The position numbers were made by a program, and so were the translations under genes. This document shows positions 17,236 through 26,474 of a stretch of DNA of 64,000 nucleotides, one piece after another (positions within the stretch are counted from its first letter, which is position 1; each line of letters begins with the position of its first letter). The DNA is from an uncultured Spirochaetota bacterium (lineage in GTDB: Bacteria > Spirochaetota > Spirochaetia > SZUA-6 > Fen-1364). The DNA lies in contig CAWJSK010000004.1 of assembly GCA_963845535.1 (NCBI GenBank), positions 64,001 through 128,000 on the forward strand, in the 5' to 3' direction. The notes below the pieces were generated by a model. It worked only from the letters and a program-made list of their open reading frames with translations. It was not told the DNA's origin and did not search any database.

Positions 17236-19059
17236 TCAGCCGCGGTGGTAGATCGGCAGCCGCACGCTCATCACCGTGTTCTCCTCAGATGAGCAGGTGA
17301 TCACGCCCTCGTGGGACTCCACGATGTGCTGGCAGATTGACAGGCCGAGCCCCGTGTTCTTCTTCCCGGCCTTCGTGCTGAAAAAAGGATCAAAGATCCT
17401 GTCGATGATCTCGGGCGGGATCCCGCAGCCGTCATCGATGACGGAGACTTCCACGCAATCGTCAGGCTCGATGCGTTTCACCGCAATCTCCACCCTGCCA
17501 TGCTCCAGCACGGCTTCGGCGCTGTTGATGAGCAGGTTGACGAACACCTGCTTCAGGCTGTTCTCCTCCCCGTAGACAAGAAGGTCATCCGGCACTTTCG
17601 GCATCCGCAGGGTGATCCCTTTCTCTCGGACCTTGTGGTCCACGAGGAGCATCACGTCGGAGATGATCCGCGACACCGGCAGCGGCTCCATGGGAATCTT
17701 CCTGACCTTGGAGAAAGAGAGGAGGCTCCCGATGATTTCCCCAATGCGATTCAGCTCGCGCTCGATCTTCGTGAGCCTCTCCGAGTCGGCGTCGGAGGTG
17801 TGACGCCTCTTGAGCAGGTCCACGTAGTTCAGGACGACGCTCAAAGGGTTGGAGATCTCGTGGGCCACGCCGGTGGCAAGCTCCGCGATGGATGCGATCT
17901 TCTCCGAGCGCAGGAGATAGTCCTGGAAATAACGGTCGCGCGAGATGTCCTCGATCACGAGGATGGTGCCCATGTGCTTGTATTCATCGTCTTTGAACGG
18001 AAATATCCGAAGCCGGATGAGCCCCTTTTCTCCGCAGTGCAGCTCCTCCCAGGTGTGTTCCTCCCGGGCGGAGATTTTTTCCTTGACCTCGGAGCGGCGT
18101 TCCAGCCCGCAGCGCTCAAGGAGCGTTTCGACGGGCTGGTCCATCAGCACCTCGTCCTTCAAGGCGAGGATCTTCACCGCCGCGAAGTTGACGATGGAAA
18201 TCCGCTTTTTCAGATCCAGGATGATCACCCCGATGGGAAGGTTCCTGATGATGTTCTCGTTGTACTTCTTCAAGAGGAACAGCTCCCGGTTGTCCTGTTC
18301 CAGCTCTTCACGGCTCAGCACGAACGAGTAGGTCATCTTGATGAGCTTCAGCTTGTCGACGTCCTGGATCTCCTCTGTCCCCTGGCGAAGGCCGTTCTTG
18401 AGGATGGTGACGCGGTCGGCAAACTGGAATATCTCGTCCATATTGTGGGAGATATAGATGACGCTCCTGCCCCGTGCCTTGAACTCGAAGAGCAAGCGGT
18501 AGATCGTCTCCATCTCCCGAGGGGTCAGCTTGCTGGAAATCTCATCGAAGATGAGAAGCTGCGGCTCGATGGAGAGCGCCTTGGCGATCTCCACCATGAG
18601 CTGCTCCGCCTCGGTGAGGTCCTCCAGGTGCGCATGCGGGTCGATATCCACGTGAAGGGCCTGGAAAAGCCGCACTGCCGCGCTCTCCATGCTCTTCCTG
18701 TCGAGGAAGCCCAGTCGAGAGGTGATGCACTGCCCGGTGAAGATGTTCTCGATGGCGCTGATGCTTGGAATCACGTTCATGTTCTGGTACACGATGGCGA
18801 TCCTGTTCTGCACGGCTGATTTCGGCGTGAAAGACTGCACCTCCTCTCCCCGAAACCAGATGGTTCCCCGCTCTTTCGTCACGGCGCCGGACAGTAGCTT
18901 CACGAGCGTTGACTTGCCGGCCCGGTGCTCACCCAGGAGGCCATGGATCTCCCCCGCGGCAAGATCGAAGTCCACCCCGCGGAGCGCCTGAACGCTGTCG
19001 TAGCTCACGTGGATGTCCCTCATGGAAACGAGCAGGGGTCCCCGCTGTTTCACGCTCAA
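17236..19059 (-). CDS. Fusion: RbsA-like ABC ATPase domain + PAS + histidine kinase (HisKA/HATPase_c), no TM segments
   Basis: GEHRAGKST, IVYQ Q-loop, LLIFDE and YISH; then PAS (NIIRNLPIGVIILD); H-box GVAHEISNPL, N-box QVFVNLLINS, DDGCGI, FDPFFSTK and GLGLSI. Confidence 0.9.
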   Translation of the reverse strand: MSVKQRGPLLVSMRDIHVSYDSVQALRGVDFDLAAGEIHGLLGEHRAGKSTLVKLLSGAVTKERGTIWFRGEEVQSFTPKSAVQNRIAIVYQNMNVIPSISAIENIFTGQCITSRLGFLDRKSMESAAVRLFQALHVDIDPHAHLEDLTEAEQLMVEIAKALSIEPQLLIFDEISSKLTPREMETIYRLLFEFKARGRSVIYISHNMDEIFQFADRVTILKNGLRQGTEEIQDVDKLKLIKMTYSFVLSREELEQDNRELFLLKKYNENIIRNLPIGVIILDLKKRISIVNFAAVKILALKDEVLMDQPVETLLERCGLERRSEVKEKISAREEHTWEELHCGEKGLIRLRIFPFKDDEYKHMGTILVIEDISRDRYFQDYLLRSEKIASIAELATGVAHEISNPLSVVLNYVDLLKRRHTSDADSERLTKIERELNRIGEIIGSLLSFSKVRKIPMEPLPVSRIISDVMLLVDHKVREKGITLRMPKVPDDLLVYGEENSLKQVFVNLLINSAEAVLEHGRVEIAVKRIEPDDCVEVSVIDDGCGIPPEIIDRIFDPFFSTKAGKKNTGLGLSICQHIVESHEGVITCSSEENTVMSVRLPIYHRG

Positions 19060-20363
19060 CTCAGGCCCAGCTTCCTCATGCGGTTGTAGAGGGTCCGTCG
19101 GTTGATGTTCAGCATGTCGGCGGCCTGGGACTTCTTGCCTTTGCTCTTCTCCAGGGCTTCCAGGATCATGGTGCGGTTGAGCTGCTCGAAGGTTGTCTGC
19201 AGCTTCTGGCCGAGGCGGGTCCCCTCGAGCTCCATGTACTGGGACGGCAAGTCTTCCAGCGTCACCGTCTCACCCTCGCAGAAGATGGCCGCCCGCTCAA
19301 TGCAGTTCTTCAGCTCCCGCACGTTCCCCGGCCACGCATGCGCGAGCAGAAGCTCGCGGGTCTGGGGATCCAGGCCGCGGATCTCCTTGGCGTACTGCGC
19401 GGAGAAGACCCTGAGGAAATGGTCGATCAAGAGCTCCACGTCTCCTGGCCGCTCGCGCAGCGGCGGGATGTGCAGGGTGATCACGCACAGGCGGTAGTAC
19501 AGGTCCTCCCGGAAGCTGTCCCGCTGGATGAGCTGGCGAAGGTCCTTGTTGGTGGCGGCAATGACGCGGATGTCGGACGTGATGGTCTGCGTTCCGCCCA
19601 CGCGCTCGAACTCCTGCTCCTGCAGGACGCGGAGGATCTTCGCCTGGGTGTTCGGGCTCATGTCCCCGATCTCGTCCAGGAAGATCGTTCCCTCGTTGGC
19701 CAGCTCGAACTTGCCTTTGCGCTGCGTCAGCGCGTTGGTGAACGCGCCCTTCTCATGGCCGAAGAGCTCGCTTTCCAGAAGCGTCTCGGGAATGGCGGCG
19801 CAGTTCACCTTGATGAACGGCTTGGAGGCCCGGGGTCCTGCTTCGTGGACGAGGCCCGCAATGAGCTCCTTGCCCGTGCCGCTTTCCCCCGTAATGAGAA
19901 CGGGGGCCGTGGTGTTGGCGGCCTTTTCCGCGGACTGGAGGATCTTCTGCATCCGCGGGTCGCTCGTCACGACGCGGCGCGACGGCAGCTGGTCCGCCCC
20001 TGCCGCGGCGGAAAACTCGCGGATCTCATTGAGGAGCCGCTTCAGGTTGGGCGGTTTCTCGTAGAAGTTGACAGCTCCGTACTTCATCGACAGCACGGCG
20101 TTCTCGATGCTGGGGTGGCCGGTGAGGATGATCACCTTGATGTTCGGGTTCGTGCGGCGAAGCATCTTCAGCAGGTCGATGCCCCCGATGCCGGGCATGC
20201 GGATGTCGAGGATGATGAGGTCCACGTGGTTTCGAGCCACCATGGCCGGTGCTTCCCGGGGATCACTGGTGTAGATGGTGCGAAATCCCTCCTCGGTGAG
20301 AATTTCCGAGAGGGAAACGCAGAGCTCCTTTTCGTCGTCGACAATCAGGATCTGGTAGTCCAT
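19056..20363 (-). CDS. sigma54-dependent response regulator (NtrC family: REC-AAA+-Fis HTH)
   Basis: ILIVDDE, LDIRMP, GESGTGKE, ELFGHEKGAFTNA, FLDEIG, WPGNVREL and a C-terminal HTH. ATG at 20363. Confidence 0.95.
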   Translation of the reverse strand: MDYQILIVDDEKELCVSLSEILTEEGFRTIYTSDPREAPAMVARNHVDLIILDIRMPGIGGIDLLKMLRRTNPNIKVIILTGHPSIENAVLSMKYGAVNFYEKPPNLKRLLNEIREFSAAAGADQLPSRRVVTSDPRMQKILQSAEKAANTTAPVLITGESGTGKELIAGLVHEAGPRASKPFIKVNCAAIPETLLESELFGHEKGAFTNALTQRKGKFELANEGTIFLDEIGDMSPNTQAKILRVLQEQEFERVGGTQTITSDIRVIAATNKDLRQLIQRDSFREDLYYRLCVITLHIPPLRERPGDVELLIDHFLRVFSAQYAKEIRGLDPQTRELLLAHAWPGNVRELKNCIERAAIFCEGETVTLEDLPSQYMELEGTRLGQKLQTTFEQLNRTMILEALEKSKGKKSQAADMLNINRRTLYNRMRKLGLS

Positions 20364-20438
20364 GGCGAGCCTCGCATTAGGCACGGCGGGCCCACGCCGC
20401 GCAACCCACAGAGCGCGGCGGAGGCGGCGTCCACTGCC

Positions 20439-20447
20439 AGTATAGCA
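20439..20447 (-). promoter_or_regulatory. Extended -10 (TGnTATACT), internal promoter for the regulator-kinase pair
   Basis: TGCTATACT about 75 nt upstream of the regulator ATG. Confidence 0.5.
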
Positions 20448-20541
20448 CGGCCCCGGAAGGAAGGTCCCCCGTGCCGGCTGCCGCTCAGCGCGCTTCCGCG
20501 CATCGAGGGGCCGACCCGGGGGCAGTCGTGAAAGAAGCGCC

Positions 20542-21471
20542 CTATTCGATGGCCTCTCCTCCGGCATCCACGTTGTCCTTCGTGAACATACGGGACCCAA
20601 GCACGATCCTCTTGACGACCTTGTCGCCGCCGAAGATCTTCAGCGCCTGCTTGATGGCCACGTCGCCGCCGGTGGGGTACTGGAACGTGGCGGTGAGGAT
20701 GCCCTGCTTCACGTAGGCGACGCCCTCCTGGGGCAGGGAGTCGATTCCTACGAACACCATGTCCTTCTCGCGCCCGGCTGCCTGCGCCGCGAGGTACGCG
20801 CCATGGGCTGACGGATCGTTGTGACCATACACGATGTCGATCTTGTCGAACCGCGCGAGAGCGGACTCCATCTCCCGGCGGGCGTCCGGCTCGAGCCACT
20901 TCGCATCCGCGCGGAAGATCACGTTCAGGTCGGAGCCCTTGATGGCTTCCAGGAACCCGTTATGCCTGTCCTGGCCCGGGGTGGAGGTCTGAAGACCCAT
21001 GATCTCCACGACCCTGGCGTGCTTGCCGCCGTAGTTCTTCACGAGCCATTTCCCGACGGCACGGCCGATCTTCACGTTGTCGGCGCCGATGAACTCGGTG
21101 TAGTTCTGGCCGATGATGTCGCGGTCCAGCACGATGACCGGGATGCCTGCCGCCATCGCCTTCGACACCGGCTCGGCCAGAGGCTGGGCCTCCTTCGGGC
21201 TGATGATGAGCAGGTTGATCTTTGCGTCGACGAACTCCTCCACCTGGGCGCGCTGCTGCAGCACGTCGTTCTGGGCATCCTTGAAGATCACCTGGATCTC
21301 GGGATGCTTGTCCGCCTCAGCCTTGATGTCGGCGTTCATCTGAACGCGCCACGGCTCGCCAAGATTGCACTGGCTCATCCCAATGATGTACTTCGGGGCG
21401 GAAAATACGGGGAATACCGCCAGCGAGCACAGGAGAGCCGCGCACAACAGGAACTTCACGGTTGATCTCAT
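20542..21471 (-). CDS. Sugar ABC substrate-binding protein (RbsB-like)
   Basis: IGMSQCNLGEPWRVQMN, VIVLDR, FIGADNVKIG, VYGHND and FVGIDS; signal peptide. Confidence 0.92.
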   Translation of the reverse strand: MRSTVKFLLCAALLCSLAVFPVFSAPKYIIGMSQCNLGEPWRVQMNADIKAEADKHPEIQVIFKDAQNDVLQQRAQVEEFVDAKINLLIISPKEAQPLAEPVSKAMAAGIPVIVLDRDIIGQNYTEFIGADNVKIGRAVGKWLVKNYGGKHARVVEIMGLQTSTPGQDRHNGFLEAIKGSDLNVIFRADAKWLEPDARREMESALARFDKIDIVYGHNDPSAHGAYLAAQAAGREKDMVFVGIDSLPQEGVAYVKQGILTATFQYPTGGDVAIKQALKIFGGDKVVKRIVLGSRMFTKDNVDAGGEAIE

Positions 21472-21554
21472 GTGGATCATCTCCTTTTCGGAAGTTGGTT
21501 TGACAACATGCACGAAACCGGTGTGTTTTTTTCTTCCTCCTTTCCCGAGGGACC

Positions 21555-22619
21555 CTACTTGGTCCTCCGCTTCTGAGTGAGAACGGCAAGCACAATGATG
21601 ATCCCGGTGATCATGAGCCGGCCGGCTTCCGGGACAGCATTGATGCTGAGGATTTTCTGCAGATACCCTATGGTGAGTATGCCCAGGAGCGTGAGCCCCA
21701 TGCTCCCGCGGCCTCCCGCGAGGCTCGTGCCTCCAATGACGACCATGGCGATGGCGGTCAGCTCGTAGCCGGCCCCGGTCTCCGGGTCACCCTGCGTCTC
21801 CTGCGCCGCCTGACAGATGCCCGCAACGGCGCACATGAGCCCGGAGAAGGTGTACGCCATGAACTTCGCCATGCGGACGGGGACGCCGGAGAGACGGGCC
21901 GCTTCCTCGTTTCCCCCAATGGAGTACAGCTCCCGGCCCCACTTGTGCCGGGCAAGAAACACCCAGGCAATGATGAAGCACACGAAGAAGATCACGCTCA
22001 CGATGGCGAGATCTCCTCCCAGGATGCGGCTGTCGATCACCTTGAAGACCTGGGGAAGCTCCTTGATGATCACCTTGTCGCCCTGGGTTACATACGTGGA
22101 GATTTTCTGCCCGCCGGTAATGTACTTGGCAAACCCGCGGGCAAACGTCATGAGCGCAAGAGTGGCAATGAAAGGCTGCAGCTTCGCATGAGATACCAGG
22201 GCGCCGGAGGCGGACCCCAGGAGGGAGCCGAGCCCCAGGCACGCCAGGATGGCGAGCCACCACGGCCAGTCCATGTGCATGGTGAAGAGCGCGAAGGAAA
22301 CGGAGGAAACGGCAAGCACGCTTCCCACGGAGAGATCGATCCCTCCCGTGATGATGACCAGCGTCATCCCGCAGGCGAGGATCCCATAGACCGAGGCCTG
22401 GCGCAGCGTATCCCGATGCGTCCCTTCCTTGAAGAATGCGCCGTCCGCGTTGAAGATGACGCCCAGGAGCAGGACAAGAAGCAGCTCGAGGCATGCCCTG
22501 CCGGCGGAGCTCGTCAGGGCGCGCCCGATCACCTGCATTGCCCCGGCCATTCCCGGCTTCCGGCCTGGCGTCCCCCGGACCAGATCCCTTCGCAGAGGTT
22601 CCCGTATTTCACCGACCAT
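21555..22619 (-). CDS. Sugar ABC permease (RbsC-like)
   Basis: GGIDLSVGS, QPFIATLA, IGGNEEAARLSGV and YELTAIAMVVIGGTSL. Start approximate. Confidence 0.92.
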   Translation of the reverse strand: MVGEIREPLRRDLVRGTPGRKPGMAGAMQVIGRALTSSAGRACLELLLVLLLGVIFNADGAFFKEGTHRDTLRQASVYGILACGMTLVIITGGIDLSVGSVLAVSSVSFALFTMHMDWPWWLAILACLGLGSLLGSASGALVSHAKLQPFIATLALMTFARGFAKYITGGQKISTYVTQGDKVIIKELPQVFKVIDSRILGGDLAIVSVIFFVCFIIAWVFLARHKWGRELYSIGGNEEAARLSGVPVRMAKFMAYTFSGLMCAVAGICQAAQETQGDPETGAGYELTAIAMVVIGGTSLAGGRGSMGLTLLGILTIGYLQKILSINAVPEAGRLMITGIIIVLAVLTQKRRTK

Positions 22620-24141
22620 TTCCGCCCCCGTTTGTCTTCCCCATGGCAGCTTCCAGGACTTTCTCTGCGTCCGCGTCCCGCCGCGCAAGCTCAGCCGTAA
22701 TGATCCCCCGATGCATGACGATGATCCTGTCGCTCATGGCCAGGAGCTCGGGCATTTCCGAGGTCACCAGGAGGATGGAGATGCCCTGCGCGGTCCACTC
22801 GTTCATGAGCTTGTAGATTTCGTGCTTTGCTCCCACGTCGATCCCCCGCGTGGGCTCATCCAGGAGCAGGATCCGGGGGTCCGTCGAAAGCCATTTTCCA
22901 ATGGCGACCTTCTGCTGGTTGCCCCCCGAAAGCTCCCCGACTTCCATGTCCAGAGACGCGGCGCGAAGCTGGAGCGCGCGCCCCATCTCCGAGGCGACCC
23001 GGCTCTCCACGCGGGGAGACCGCCAACCGTGCGGGGCGAGCCTCCTCATGTTTGCAACGCACATGTTGGCCGTCACCGACATGGAGGCAATCAGCCCCGT
23101 TGCCTTGCGGTCGTTGGTGAGGAGGGCAATACCGTTGGCGATGGCGTCCTGGGGAGAGCGGATGCGGACGGGCTTCCCCTCCACCGTCACTCGCCCCGCG
23201 GTCCGTTTGGGCAGCGCGCCGAATAGGCCGAGGAAAAGCTCGCTCGCTCCCGAGCCCTGGAGACCGCCAATGCCGAGGATCTCCCCGCGCGCCGCTCGAA
23301 AGGACACCCGGTCCACCAGCGGGCGCATTGCGCGGCTGGACGGGCGGACGGAGAAGCCATCCACGGCCAGCGCCTCGGAGGACATCTGGGGAGTGTGGCG
23401 CGGGAACTGCTCCTCGATCTCCCGGCCGACCATCCATTGAATAAGCTTCTTTTCCGAAAGCTCGGCAGCGGGGGCGGTGCCAATGAGCTTCCCGTCACGG
23501 AGCACGGTGATCCGGTCCGCCAGCTTGTGGATCTCCTCCAAGCGGTGCGTGATATAGACGATCCCACGGTTCTCGCTCTTCAGCTGCCGCACCAGGGCGA
23601 AAAGGGTCTCGACGTCGTGGGCGTTCAGCGCGCTGGAGGGCTCGTCCATGATGAGGACGCGCGCATTCAGCCGGATTGCCTTGGTGATCTCGATGAGCTG
23701 CTGCACGGAAATGGGGAGGTCCTCGACGAGGGAGCTCACGCTGACGGAAAGTCCGGCGTTGGCAAGCACCCGCTGCGCGTCGCGCTTGTGGGCCCTTTCA
23801 TGGATAAAGCCCTGCGTTGTCACGGGGTGGCCAAGGAACAGGTTGTCGACGACGGTCATGGACGGGATGAGGGACAACTCCTGGTGGATTGCCGCAATTC
23901 CATGCCTGTTTGCGTCCAACGGGCTGGAAGGACGAATCTCCTGTCCGTCCATGATGATGCGACCGTGGTAGTCCGTGTAGGCGCCGGCAAGGATCTTCAT
24001 GAGCGTGCTCTTGCCCGCTCCGTTCTCCCCGGCGAGGATGTGCACTTCACCCGGGAAAACATGGAAATCCACCTGGTCGAGAACCTTCACGGGTCCGAAA
24101 AACTTGGTAATTCCGTTCATGAAGACGAGTGGAGGCATCAC
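22609..24141 (-). CDS. Sugar ABC ATP-binding protein (RbsA-like)
   Basis: GENGAGKST, MDEPSS, LSGGNQQKV and DEPTRGIDVGAK. Confidence 0.93.
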   Translation of the reverse strand: MMPPLVFMNGITKFFGPVKVLDQVDFHVFPGEVHILAGENGAGKSTLMKILAGAYTDYHGRIIMDGQEIRPSSPLDANRHGIAAIHQELSLIPSMTVVDNLFLGHPVTTQGFIHERAHKRDAQRVLANAGLSVSVSSLVEDLPISVQQLIEITKAIRLNARVLIMDEPSSALNAHDVETLFALVRQLKSENRGIVYITHRLEEIHKLADRITVLRDGKLIGTAPAAELSEKKLIQWMVGREIEEQFPRHTPQMSSEALAVDGFSVRPSSRAMRPLVDRVSFRAARGEILGIGGLQGSGASELFLGLFGALPKRTAGRVTVEGKPVRIRSPQDAIANGIALLTNDRKATGLIASMSVTANMCVANMRRLAPHGWRSPRVESRVASEMGRALQLRAASLDMEVGELSGGNQQKVAIGKWLSTDPRILLLDEPTRGIDVGAKHEIYKLMNEWTAQGISILLVTSEMPELLAMSDRIIVMHRGIITAELARRDADAEKVLEAAMGKTNGGGNGR

Positions 24142-24149
24142 CGCCAGTA

Positions 24150-24165
24150 TGCACGATGCGTGCCA
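24150..24165 (-). promoter_or_regulatory. sigma54 (-24/-12) promoter of the sugar ABC operon
   Basis: TGGCAC-GCATC-GTGCA immediately upstream of the ATPase start; an NtrC-type activator is encoded in the same gene run. Confidence 0.75.
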
Positions 24166-24253
24166 GGAAATGATCGCAAATGAAGGAAAAACGCCTCAAG
24201 AACAAGCGTCGAAACGGTAAGAAACGCAGCCTTTCTTGTGCCAGTTCAAAAGA

Positions 24254-24271
24254 TGAGAATCATCATTCTCA
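24254..24271. promoter_or_regulatory. Candidate upstream activator site (7-4-7 inverted repeat)
   Basis: TGAGAAT-CATC-ATTCTCA, about 90-105 bp upstream of the -24 element. Confidence 0.45.
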
Positions 24272-24304
24272 GGGCGGGAAAAAACGGGAAAATGAATTCC
24301 CTTC

Positions 24305-25084
24305 TTACTGAACCAGCGGGGTCATGGCCCCCGCAAGCTCGATTCCTTCGATCGACGCCTTGCCAACCAGGAGCTGGATGTACTGGTGGACGGCCCGGGT
24401 CCAGGCGCTGGCGCCAAGGTACTCAGTAACGCGCTCTCGGGCCATTTCATAAGGAAGCTGCCTGCCCCGGATGGCACGGTCCAGCCTGACCACGTGGTAC
24501 CCGTAGCGCGTGCCCACAGGCTCGAGGCTGAGCTCACCGGGGGACAGCCTGCTGAGGCACGTTTCGAGCTCCGGCGTGGTCTGGCCCCGCGTTATCTGGC
24601 CCAGATGGCCGCCTTGATCCCGGGACTCAGGGTCATCCGAGCGCTCCTTGGCCAGACGCTCGAAGAACGAAGGGTCACGGCGCAGCTCATCAAGCGTGGC
24701 GGCAGCAGCAGCGCGTGCCCGCTCGCGCTCCTCGGGTTGATCGGGACGGGCCGCGAAGAGGATATGGGAAGCCTCGAACAGATCAGGGGACCGGAAGCGT
24801 TGGCGGTTTGCGTCGTAGTAGCGCCGGCAGGCTTCCTCATCCGCGGCCGGAAGCCTGACTCCGCGGTCCAGCAGCGCCGTGATGGTGCGCTCTTCCGCTG
24901 CGGCGGCGTCTTCCGAGACGGCAGGGCTCACGCCGAGGGCTGCCGCTTCCTGGAGCAGGAGCTCGCGGACGACAAGAGCAACGGCGGCCTCGCGCATGGC
25001 CGCCTCCCGGCTCGACGCGGGATGGTACTGCGCCTCCCGGGAAACCTGATCATCGGAAATCGCTTTTCCATTTACTGTGATCAC
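24305..25084 (-). CDS. PpiC/parvulin-type peptidylprolyl isomerase associated with nar operons
   Basis: VITVNG...EAQYHP, ASHILF, GGHLGQI and TRYGYHVV; GTGA overlap with the narI stop. Confidence 0.88.
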   Translation of the reverse strand: MITVNGKAISDDQVSREAQYHPASSREAAMREAAVALVVRELLLQEAAALGVSPAVSEDAAAAEERTITALLDRGVRLPAADEEACRRYYDANRQRFRSPDLFEASHILFAARPDQPEERERARAAAAATLDELRRDPSFFERLAKERSDDPESRDQGGHLGQITRGQTTPELETCLSRLSPGELSLEPVGTRYGYHVVRLDRAIRGRQLPYEMARERVTEYLGASAWTRAVHQYIQLLVGKASIEGIELAGAMTPLVQ

Positions 25085-25794
25085 GAGGGCATCCCCCGAC
25101 GGACCTTTGCTGGCGCGCGCCTTCGCACCACCTGGTACGCGCGCCCCAGGTACCAGATGGGCGCGCTCCAGATGTGAACAAGCCGGCTGAGAGGCCACAC
25201 CAGGAAAAACGTGAAACCCAGGAAGAGGTGAACCTGGTAGACCCAGGGAACGTCACGGAGCAGGGAGATCGCGTCAGGCTTGAAGTAGATGATCGACTGG
25301 ACGTATGCCACGAGCTGGCCGAAAAGCCGGCCATCCAGGTGATGCAGGGTGAGGGGAATCGTGACCAGGCCGAAGGTGAGCTGCACCCACACCAGGAGGA
25401 GAGCGAAGATGTCCATGGGGCTGGAGGTCTTTCGGATCCGGGAATCGAAGAGCCTGCGGTGCACCAGCATGGTAAGGCCAATCCAGGCAAGGGACCCGGA
25501 CAGCCCACCGGCTACCACAGCCAGAAGCTGATGGGCCAGGACGGAGACCCCCAGCACTTGAAGCACAATGTCCGGCGTTGCAAACCCCACCAGATGGCCC
25601 GCAAGCACGACCAGGATCCCATAATGAAAGAGTGTGCTCCCCAGGACGAGCTCGCGTTTGCGCAGAAGCTCGCTCGACCCGCTTCGCCATCCGAACTGCC
25701 CGCGATTGAAGCGGATGATGCTCCCGGCAATGAAAACGGTAAGCGCGACATAGGGGTAGTACCCGAAGACGAGCAGGGTCAGAAGGTACGGCAT
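25081..25794 (-). CDS. narI: Respiratory nitrate reductase gamma subunit (cytochrome b)
   Basis: YPYVAL, WRSGSSELL, LFHYGI..GH, and HLFLG...PLSRLVHIWSAP heme ligands. Confidence 0.95.
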   Translation of the reverse strand: MPYLLTLLVFGYYPYVALTVFIAGSIIRFNRGQFGWRSGSSELLRKRELVLGSTLFHYGILVVLAGHLVGFATPDIVLQVLGVSVLAHQLLAVVAGGLSGSLAWIGLTMLVHRRLFDSRIRKTSSPMDIFALLLVWVQLTFGLVTIPLTLHHLDGRLFGQLVAYVQSIIYFKPDAISLLRDVPWVYQVHLFLGFTFFLVWPLSRLVHIWSAPIWYLGRAYQVVRRRAPAKVRRGMPS

Positions 25795-26474
25795 CACTGC
25801 TCCTTTCGCATTGCCGCGCCCTGGGCGCGGGCGCGCTGCCGGCCGGTGAATGACGCTTCCCGACGGGAGAAATCCACCGGCTCTTCCTGCCACTCCGCAT
25901 CCAGTGCCTGGCGGCTTGCCGCGTCCTCAGCTTCTTCAACTGCCAGCTCTTCCAGGTCCGCCTGCTTCGGCTCGGCCTGGGCCAGGTGCTCCAGCGCGGA
26001 GAGCACGGCCGCGTAGGGGCTGCACCGCTTTTGCAGTCGGCGCGCAAGGGTGGTGATGACTGCCACGGGCTCCGCCAACTCCGCCCGGGCATCCGCCAGC
26101 GGAAGCTGGGACAGATACTCCAGGTAGACGGGGAGAAAATCAGGAAGCTCGACGGCGGAAAGCTCCAGCCCGATCTCGCGGTAGCGCTCCAACAGGCTCA
26201 CCATGGCCTGGCCCCTGTCACGGGACTCCCCGTGCACGTGCTCGAAAAGGTGCAGAGACAGGGAGCGGTACTGGTCGAAGAGCTCGACGTACCGGGCCTG
26301 GAGGTCGTAGATGTCCAGGGAAGAAAGATCGGCGAAAAGCCCACCCAGGCCATCCAGGTCCGCCTGTTCCAGGAAACCTTCCTGGCTGAGGATTTCCTTC
26401 ATCTCGGGAAGCGCAGAGACAAGGTCTGGGGTGGGGTACGTGAGGAGCGCGGAGAGGACGCGAAACGTGTTCAT
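25794..26474 (-). CDS. narJ: Nitrate reductase molybdenum-cofactor assembly chaperone
   Basis: LLTYP, YVELFD, SLHLFEHVHGESRDRGQAM and ELPDFLPVYLEY. Confidence 0.95.
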   Translation of the reverse strand: MNTFRVLSALLTYPTPDLVSALPEMKEILSQEGFLEQADLDGLGGLFADLSSLDIYDLQARYVELFDQYRSLSLHLFEHVHGESRDRGQAMVSLLERYREIGLELSAVELPDFLPVYLEYLSQLPLADARAELAEPVAVITTLARRLQKRCSPYAAVLSALEHLAQAEPKQADLEELAVEEAEDAASRQALDAEWQEEPVDFSRREASFTGRQRARAQGAAMRKEQ

